Shown: positions 56,076 to 64,000 of the stretch, one piece after another
Layout: each line of letters opens with the position of its first letter
Numbering within the stretch: the first letter of the stretch is position 1
Assembly (NCBI RefSeq): GCF_006345805.1
Contig: NC_042998.1
Span: forward strand, 82,584,001 to 82,648,000
DNA: 64,000 nt
Reading direction: 5' to 3'
Source: Octopus sinensis
Lineage: Eukaryota
Made by a program: the position numbers and the translations under genes
The notes under the pieces: model-generated
Database searches by the model: none
What the model was told of the DNA's origin: nothing
The model's input: the letters and a program-made list of their open reading frames with translations, nothing else

Positions 56076-57958
56076 GTTTGACTTTTGCTTTATATTTGTA
56101 CAAGTTGGTTCCAAATCTCACCCAGAGACCTCAAGAGGCAACAGGTTGGAAGTTCGTGATGGTGTTATGCCTAGTGTGCCATATATTTGGTTTTGTATTT
56201 TGTGTTGTACTAGTGAATGTCAAAAAAAAACACACGAAGATTATGTTTGTTTTAAAACTTGAGATTACATAGAAAGTATTTTGCGTAGGATATGAGCAGT
56301 TCCCATGAGCACTATCTTTTGAATTTCTGCCATTTTGGGGTTTCCTGGTATCTGAGTTAGGTAGCAATCAGCCCCTTTCGCTATCATTCCCAGGGCACCT
56401 ATGACAACAGGTATTGTTTTAGTCTCCAGCTTCCACATTTTGCTGATTTCTATTTCAAGATCTTTATATTTGCTCAGTTTTTGGTAGGTCTTGACAGATA
56501 CGTTTATATCGATTGGGACAGTCATATCAATGAGGAGGCATGTTCTTTGTTTGAAGTCTTTCAATATGATGTCTGGCCTATTTGCATCTATCTTTCTGTC
56601 AGTTTGAACGGTGAAGTTCCAGAGGAGTGAGATGTAGTCATTTTCAAGCACTGGGGGTGGTTTGTGTTCCCACAATTTTTTTTTTCATGGGGCAAATCCA
56701 GGTTTTTGCAGATTACCCAGTGAATATATTGTGCAGCTCTATCATGCCTGTTGAGATACTCTGTAGGCGCTAGAAGACTGCACTTGGAGACCACATGAAC
56801 AATGGTTTCATTTTGTTGCTGACATACACGACATGTTGGGCTACTGCCGATCTTTAATATGTTGGCCTGGTAGTTTCTTGTTGGTAGGCATTGATCTTGA
56901 GCTGCTATGATAAACCCCTCTGTTTCAGATTTTAAGCCAGAAACCATTAGCCATTGATGGGTCAGGGCTTTGTCAACATCTGCATTATTCGCTCTCTTTG
57001 GGTATTTGCCATAGAGAGGTTTGTCTTGCCATTTATCATTTAGAATATCTAAGGCCGCAGTTTTGGCACGGGTTTTCATGCGCTTAGCTTTTTCTGTGCC
57101 TGTTTCTTGTATGTCTATCTCTAATTTCGAAATTTGTTGTATTCGGAATTCACTTAGATATTCCTTTGCCTGTTTTGTTACTGAGTATGATGCTTTCTTG
57201 TTTTCATGTTTTGAGACAAGTTTTAACATCCAGTCCTCAGAGTTTTTCAGGTAGGTGTCTAGGCCAATTGTGGCAATCTTCATTGTTATTGCCAGTTGTA
57301 AAAGTCCACGGCCTCCTTCTTTTCTTGGCAGATAAAGTCGTTCTGTATCTGCCTTAGGGTGGTGCATTCTATGCATTGTCAACAGTTTTCGTATTTTTCT
57401 GTCAAGATTACATATTTCAGTAATTGACCAGTTAACGATATTGAAACTGTAAGTCACGACTGGTATGGCTAATGCATTGATCGCTTCGATCCTGTTTCTC
57501 GCATTCAGCTCTGTCTTGAGTATTGCTCTTACTCTGCGATAACATTCTCTCCTGATCCTTTCCTTCATCTCTGAATGCCTTATTCTGTCTCCTCCAATTA
57601 CCCCTAGATACTTGTAGTTTTCCGCTGGGTCTAATTCTTTTATGAAATTCTGCTGGTCAAGGTTAACGTTAGATGTTTCTGTCACTTTTCCTTTGATAAA
57701 TGTAGCTTTTGCACATTTAACGAGGCCAAATTGCATTCTGATGTCATCACTGAATTGTTTGACAATCGCTAGTAAGCCCTTGAGTTTTTGGACATTTTTT
57801 GCAAAGAGCTTTAAATCATCCATGTAAATGAGAGGATTTATATTTTTATCAAACATTTTATATCCGTACTGCGCGTCATTGAGCAGTTTTGAGAGAGGTA
57901 TTAAGGCTAAACAGAAGAGGAGTGGTGATAGTGAGTCACCCTGGAAAATGCCACATAC
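56073..57958 (-). mobile_element. 5'-truncated R4/Dong-clade non-LTR retrotransposon inserted in (AAT)n
   Basis: (AAT)n tracts at 55943-56072 and 57960-58000 flank the element. Coding 56265-57955. Confidence 0.9.
56265..57955 (-). pseudogene. RT + CCHC knuckle + restriction-like endonuclease of the R4/Dong element (one frameshift near 56680)
   Basis: GIFQGDSLSPLLF, YMDDLKLF, YKYLG, RLYLPRKEGGRGL, CRVCQQQNETIVHVVSKC, RPDI..IDMTVP..KYKDL. Confidence 0.9.
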
Positions 57959-58000
57959 TATTATTATTATTATTTTTATTATTATTATTATTATTATTAT

Positions 58001-58049
<49 letters not shown>

Positions 58050-58102
58050 CAGGTCACTGCCTGGAATCGAACTTGGGATCTTGGGGTTTGTAGCCCGCGC
58101 TC
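58050..58102 (-). mobile_element. tRNA-derived head with B box, followed by (ACT)n(AAT)n
   Basis: rc GAGCGCGGGCTACAAACCCCAAGATCCCAAGTTCGATTCCAGGCAGTGACCTG. Confidence 0.6.
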
Positions 58103-58506
58103 ATATTTCCTCATCTCTTAAATATAGAACAGAATTACATACATGTTGCTTCTTTTATTAACTCTACCAGTATGAAAAATAAACAGCTCTTCGAGTTTTG
58201 AACTCAATGTATAATAGAGAAACTAAATGCTAAAACCCAGTTTGGTACACTGCAAATTGAAACGGATTCCTGCCTGCTGAATACCAAGAAAATGTGCGGA
58301 GATGGTGTGATTAGTACTGACGATATTAAAAGTTATGGAAAATGTGCCATAGGATTTTTTCCTAAGATAAGTGTGTAGGTGTTGGTGTGTAAATTTCAAT
58401 GAAGGAGCCTTGATATTGAGATACAGGTTTGTTCTTTCTCTATTGGAAAGACATCTGAAACAATAAAGCTAGAACATACAAAAATATATACATATCTACA
58501 TACATA

Positions 58507-58886
58507 TCTCTCTCTATATAAACGGCAGTTTGTCTGTGCGTGTTTCTGTGTGTCTGTTTTCTCGTACCCTCACCCTGACCACGGCTTTCAACCGATTCTG
58601 ATGAAACTTGACACACACATAGCCCAATGTCATAATTCAAAACTAACGTAGCGAAAATTTTGAAAAGTTCCCCCAGTTCTGAAAAAAATCGATAAATTCG
58701 ACATGGGTCGAGAATCAGAAACACAAACCGCAAACTGTCTAGGGACGCAACTCCACCTTTTTTCACTCTCAAAAGAAATTTAACATCATTTTTTCCATTT
58801 TTTTGCTATTTTTTGGCTATAACTCTCTAAAAATGCTTTATAGTTATTTCCCTTACAAACCTGAGCAACGCCGGGCGATACTGCTA

Positions 58887-58887
<1 letters not shown>
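58507..58887 (+). mobile_element. Non-autonomous Helitron
   Basis: 5' A|TC..TATATAAA. 3' hairpin CCTGAGC-AAC-GCCGGG, then CTAG|T. No TSD or TIR. Confidence 0.8.
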
Positions 58888-58925
<38 letters not shown>

Positions 58926-59083
58926 TGAGAAAGTTGGTGTGAAAGCACGTGGTTGAATATATAGGAAATAGTAAAAAGTGAAAAAACTACAGAAGGCTTG
59001 TTTTAAAAGGTTAAAAAATATATTTGAGTCATTATGCCAGAAGAATGTTATAAAGTTTTTTCATACAGTGACATAGTTTTTGA

Positions 59084-59120
59084 AGAAATTACCGGTTTCG
59101 TATTAACTTTTCAAATTTCT
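59084..59120 (-). ncRNA. Minimal hammerhead motif (U3-A8 core) in the inverted 5' repeat
   Basis: rc AGAAAT-TTGAAAA-GT-TAAT-AC-GAAA-CCGG-TA-ATTTCT. Confidence 0.65.
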
Positions 59121-59239
59121 CAAAACATCGTGTTATGCCTTCGTTATGAAGTGTAAAGAAGAGTTCCAGGTAAGAGGAGGTAATAAGTGATTTCTTCCGG
59201 TGTAAAGGAGATAATCGCTTTATATTTCTTGTCCCTTTT

Positions 59240-61742
59240 ACCGAACACAAGACAAACGGAAAAAAACACTAAGTCAAGCAACATCCCACATACAACCATT
59301 TCGAAACAAAAATATATCACATACAGAAATTTTACACACACCACAAACGAAAACAACCATAGATTCCCACACATACAACAATCGGAGGCAACAATACCAC
59401 CGTTCCCCCGAACCAATATCACACAACCTCACAGACAACTCATACAAACAAAATTACACCGGCTGGAACAAAATTACACAGGCTGGAACCTAGTAATAAG
59501 GAAAAACCGAAGTTAATCAACCTTTCAAACAAACCTCTCTCTAACATAAAAATTGACATCCTCTCAAATTTACGCCAACTCCACGCAGAGCCAACCTAAA
59601 TGAAATCAAGGATAATATAACAGAATTCTGCAGAAAATTAAGACTACCAGAAGCATCAACCAGTTTCAATACTGAAGATGAATCACTAGTCAAGAACAAA
59701 AGCGAACACATCCCCCACAGAGGAAGAAATAAAGATCTTGAAGAGTTCTGCAGCCACATTGAGAACTTTCCCTACCATACTATACATAAACAGACAGTTA
59801 ACTCAAATTTTAACACTGCACAATGGAAGGAACTGATAGAACTTCAAAATGATGAAGATATAACCATTAAGGAAGCAGAAAAAGGAAGTGCAGTTGTAAT
59901 AATGGATACATCATACTATAGAAATCTTGTAATTTCCTTGCTTGATGACAATCAACATTATGACACAATCACCAACTACACCCCGCAAAAAATAATGAAA
60001 ACTCTATCTTCACTAATTAAAACCCATGAAAAGGAACTAACAGCCAAAGAGATTGACTTTCTAACAAACTTTAAATGCAAGCCTAGCCTCTTCTATGGTC
60101 TGCCAAAAATACATAAAAGCCAAATTATAAATGAAACCATTAAAAAATCACCAAAGACATACATACACACACCTAACCCGGGGGACCTAAAACTACGACC
60201 CATTGTAGCTGGCCCAACCTGTGAAACACACAGATTAAGTCTATTTATAGACATCCTCCTGAAACCCTTCCTTAAACATATCGATAGTCATATCAGAGAT
60301 GACTTGGATATGTTAAACCACCTTCCAAAAAAAGTCAAGGAAGAAACAATCATGGTTTCATTTGATGTAGTAAATTTATAAACCAGTATACCTCATAATT
60401 ATGGACTAGAGGCAATACAGTTCTGGCTGGACCAATTTCCGGAAGAAATACCAAAAAGGATCAGTAAAGAATTCATTACTAAATCGGTTGAATTCATCCT
60501 ACATAATAACCACTTCATGTTTGACAATACATTTTACCGTAAAAAATCCGGAATTGCTATGGGTACAAGGGCAGCACCAGTCTTTGCGAACCTAACAATG
60601 GGCTACCTGGAAATAATTGTTTACCAAGAATCTTTATCAACCTTTGGAAACCCCCTCTCTCAATACATAAAAGAGAATTGGAAACGATTCCTGGACAATT
60701 GTTTTATACTCTGGAATGAAAACACAGATAAACTAAAATTCAAAAGCCTATTGAACAGCATCAACCCAAATATACAGTTCACAATGGAATACAACCAAAA
60801 GGAGCTTCCATTCTTAGATATACTAATTAAAAAAATTAACCTTAAAATAGAAACAGACATTTTTTACAAAGCCACAGACGCTAAACAATACCTACTTTTT
60901 GATTCATGCCACCCAAGACACACTAAAACAAACATCCCTTTCAACCTTGCAAGAGGGATATGCACAATAGTGTCAGAACAAAATACCAGGAACTTTAGAC
61001 TACAAGAACTCAAAAACACCCTAATTGACCGACACTACCCAGCTCAACTCATAGAGGATGGGATCAGACGTGCAACAGAAATCGACATAGAAACTTTGAG
61101 AAAAGTTCAACACAACAACACACCTTCCCCGAAAATACTGCCTTACTTATCCACATACAACGCCAGAAACAAAAAAGTCTTCATAAGGACCCCAAATTAA
61201 AGGAAATTCTAAACATACATAAAATCATTAAAAGCTACAAACAACCTAAATCACTTAAAAAGATTCTCACAAAGGCAAAATTGTTTTCTGAAATTACGGA
61301 TGCAAAAGTAAAAAAATGTGGTAGACCAAACTGCGCAACATGCCCAAACCTTCTAGAAGGATCAGAATTCCTCTTCAAAGAGGGACAAAAATTCAAGATC
61401 AAATCTAATTTTAATTGTGCTTCTGAAAACATAATTTATGTCATAAGATGCTCGGGCTGCCACCAAAACTACGTGGGGTCCACGGGTCTATCACTCAGAC
61501 GTAGATGCACACTGCATCGACAACAGATTGCATTCCCAGAATACAGAATGATACCCTTTAGTGAGCATATTGAGAAATGCGCAAAGCAACTACTACCACA
61601 ATTTTTAATCTTTCCATTTTATCAATGTGCTATTGGAACACCAACACAAATTAGACTAAACAAGGAAACATTCTTCATTGAAAAATATAAGCCCAAACTT
61701 AACCACTCTAACATTATTATACAGAGAAACTCACCCCATTAA
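59240..61742 (+). pseudogene. PLE reverse transcriptase + Cys-rich linker + GIY-YIG endonuclease (stops and frameshifts)
   Basis: IKEAEKGSAVVIMD, LRPIVAG, SFDVVNL, GIAMGTRAAPVFANL, WKRFLDNCF, LPFLDI, CGRPNCATC, IIYVIRCSGCHQNYVGST. Confidence 0.92.
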
Positions 61743-61863
61743 ATAAAAGGGACAAGAAATATAAAGCGATTATCTCCCTTACACCGGAAGAAATCACTTA
61801 TTACCTCCCCTTACCTGGAACTCTTCTTTATACTTCATAACGAAGACATAACACGATGTTTTG

Positions 61864-61900
61864 AGAAATTTGAAAAGTTAACACGAAACCGGTAATTTCT
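61864..61900 (+). ncRNA. Minimal hammerhead motif (U3-A8 core) in the 3' repeat, sense to the ORF
   Basis: AGAAAT-TTGAAAA-GT-TAAC-AC-GAAA-CCGG-TA-ATTTCT. 6-bp stem I, palindromic ACCGGU stem III, GUA site. Confidence 0.65.
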
Positions 61901-62013
61901 TCAAAAACTATGTCACTGTATGAAAAAATTTTATAACATTCTTCTGACATAATGACTCAAATATATTTTTTAACCTTTTAAAACAAGCCTTCTGTAGTTT
62001 TTTCACTTTTTAC

Positions 62014-62058
<45 letters not shown>

Positions 62059-62912
62059 AGCATGTACATAAATACATACATGTATACAAAATTAATTAAG
62101 TAAATGCAAATAAAAATACGAAACTAAGGATCAAAACAATTATAATTTTACCCTATAAAAGAGAGTTTATGGTTCACTGTTAACTAAGGCGAGAGAGGAA
62201 TCATAAAAAAATGTATGTGTGTTAAATTCCCTCTACAAAATGTTTTTCTTTTTGTTTCCACGTTAGCTTTCAATATTTTCACAAAAATATCGTATATTCA
62301 AAGGAAATCTATTTATATATTTACCATGAGATTTTATTTTATGATCGCTAAAGAGAAGTATAACTACATTCAGTTTCATATTACAAGAGGCAAATTACTT
62401 GGTAGTATTCTTCATTATTTCAAGAACTCGTTAGTATTGGACACTAATTCAAAACAATCTTAATGCTTAATTAAAACTGACTGGTTTATTTCAAATACAC
62501 CAATTTCTAACGACTAGCATTTCAAAAATTGATAAATGGATTAATTCCATTGAATTTCCTGAAATTCAGTGATTTAGAAGTACTTATAAATACATTAGCG
62601 AGTGAAGATTTTCCCAAGTCTTTATTACCAAAGGAGCTTAACAATATATAGCAACAATTACAATTTCATCCGTTTCTTAAGTTGGACAGTTGCAGGTAGA
62701 CAAATTTATAATGCACTGATCTCAACGGGATTTAAAGTCTGAACATAGGAAGAGAAAACTTCACCTTTAGTTTGGAAATTCACTGATAGCAGCAGGTAAC
62801 ACGTGACATGCATAAGCCGAGAAACAGATGAGAAAAGGTGATTAAGTCAGGTTTGATGATACTAAAATTCAAAGAAAAGTGTTATATAATGCAAACATTA
62901 TATTTGGTTTAT

Positions 62913-62950
<38 letters not shown>

Positions 62951-63070
62951 ATACATATATGCATATATATATATATATAATATACATATATGCATATATA
63001 TATATATGCATATATATATATATGCATATATATATATGTATATATATATATATATGTAAGTATATGTATA

Positions 63071-63122
<52 letters not shown>

Positions 63123-63224
63123 ATATATATAATATAAATGATATGTACATATATGCAAATATACATACATATAAGTACATACTTACATATATATATATGT
63201 ATATAGTCAGAATTTACAAAAAAC

Positions 63225-63630
63225 AAAAGATGAAGACAGGTGTGTAAACAACAAACAGATATATTAGTTTAACGCTCGGTGAGTGAGAAAGTCTTTTACA
63301 TTCGCGCCTACGCTCTTCGACAGAAAGGAACACAAAAATACAGGGAGAGAAAATAGAAGGTATATACATTTGCATATATGGGCACAGGACGTCATAGAGA
63401 GTAAGCAACATGAAATACGCAACCATGGAATACGAAAGAAACAAATGGAAAACAAGACAAGTAACATAAAGAACGACCCTTCAGCAGTTCTCGGCTGTTT
63501 TATCTATTCCTCATTTCCAGTAATTACGACAAGATGCGCCTTTGACAAAACAAATTAAATAAAATTTGGGACTTGCGGAGGGTCAAATTTGCTAACAAAA
63601 ACAGGACAGTGAAAACAAACAGTAAGGGCT
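63225..63630. mobile_element. Repeat of the A6U-HHR family (degenerate motif at 63293-63327, minus strand); 3' part homologous to 33300-33500
   Basis: CAGGTGTGTAAACAACAAACAG..CCTACGCTCTTCGACAGAAAG matches 27340, 29480 and 40700. CAAATTAAATAAAATTTGG..GACAGTGAAAACAAA matches the reverse complement of 33340-33420. Confidence 0.6.
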
Positions 63631-63693
63631 TATGACTGAACGCCACGCATCCATTTCCAAGTAAGTCTTATACACACACACACACACACACAC

Positions 63694-63750
<57 letters not shown>

Positions 63751-63928
63751 GTATGCCATTGTAGCTGCTTAATGTAAGCTCTAATATCTGTAGTCAAGGT
63801 TTGTATCGTCACCTTGGAGTAGTGGTTAGCACAACTTACAGCAGAGGTGCCGTTGAAATTTCAAGAGCAACACTATAACTATTTCCGTCTTCTTTTAAAT
63901 CACACACACACACATGCATATATATATA

Positions 63929-63969
<41 letters not shown>

Positions 63970-64000
63970 CATACATACATACATACATACATACATACAT

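Larger units (their letters stand above)
58924..62018 (+). mobile_element. Penelope-like retroelement (Neptune-like) with inverted terminal repeats, in (TA)n
   Basis: ~275-bp inverted repeats at 58966-59240 and 61744-62018. A ~42-nt extension is present only on the left. (TA)n on both flanks. Confidence 0.92.

Noticed and set aside
58598-58612. CTGATGAAAC inside the Helitron, considered as a hammerhead core
   Set aside because: CUGAUGA and GAAA overlap with no stem II, and there is no stem I/III pairing.

Overview
AT-rich, microsatellite-saturated eukaryotic DNA with no host protein-coding gene I can support. The repeat families and base composition suggest a cephalopod (Octopus-like) genome; this is an inference. 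Almost all ORFs in the supplied track are microsatellite read-throughs. The identifiable content is mobile DNA: a 5'-truncated Penelope-like element (RT + GIY-YIG, Neptune-like) with inverted ~275-bp terminal repeats (58924-62018); about eight R4/Dong-type RLE non-LTR fragments, mostly sitting in (AAT)n; two fragments of a second R4-like family next to (CATA)n; two L1/Tx1-like copies; a full-length decayed mariner; a second Tc1/mariner remnant; a non-autonomous Helitron; many tRNA-derived SINEs; and several near-identical 0.75-0.85 kb tandem duplications. The main hidden signal is a set of type I hammerhead ribozyme (HHR) motifs folded by hand, in at least seven unrelated short repeat families. 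Most sit in asymmetric head-to-head foldbacks inside (TA)n that have the same geometry as the ends of the Penelope-like element. Their cores show C3-G8, G3-C8 and U3-A8 covariation, and one family has a recurrent A6U variant. One 479-bp HHR unit occurs as a tandem repeat plus an exact circularly permuted inverted monomer (retrozyme-like). One HHR module appears fused to a tRNA-derived SINE head. No ribozyme activity or database match was tested.
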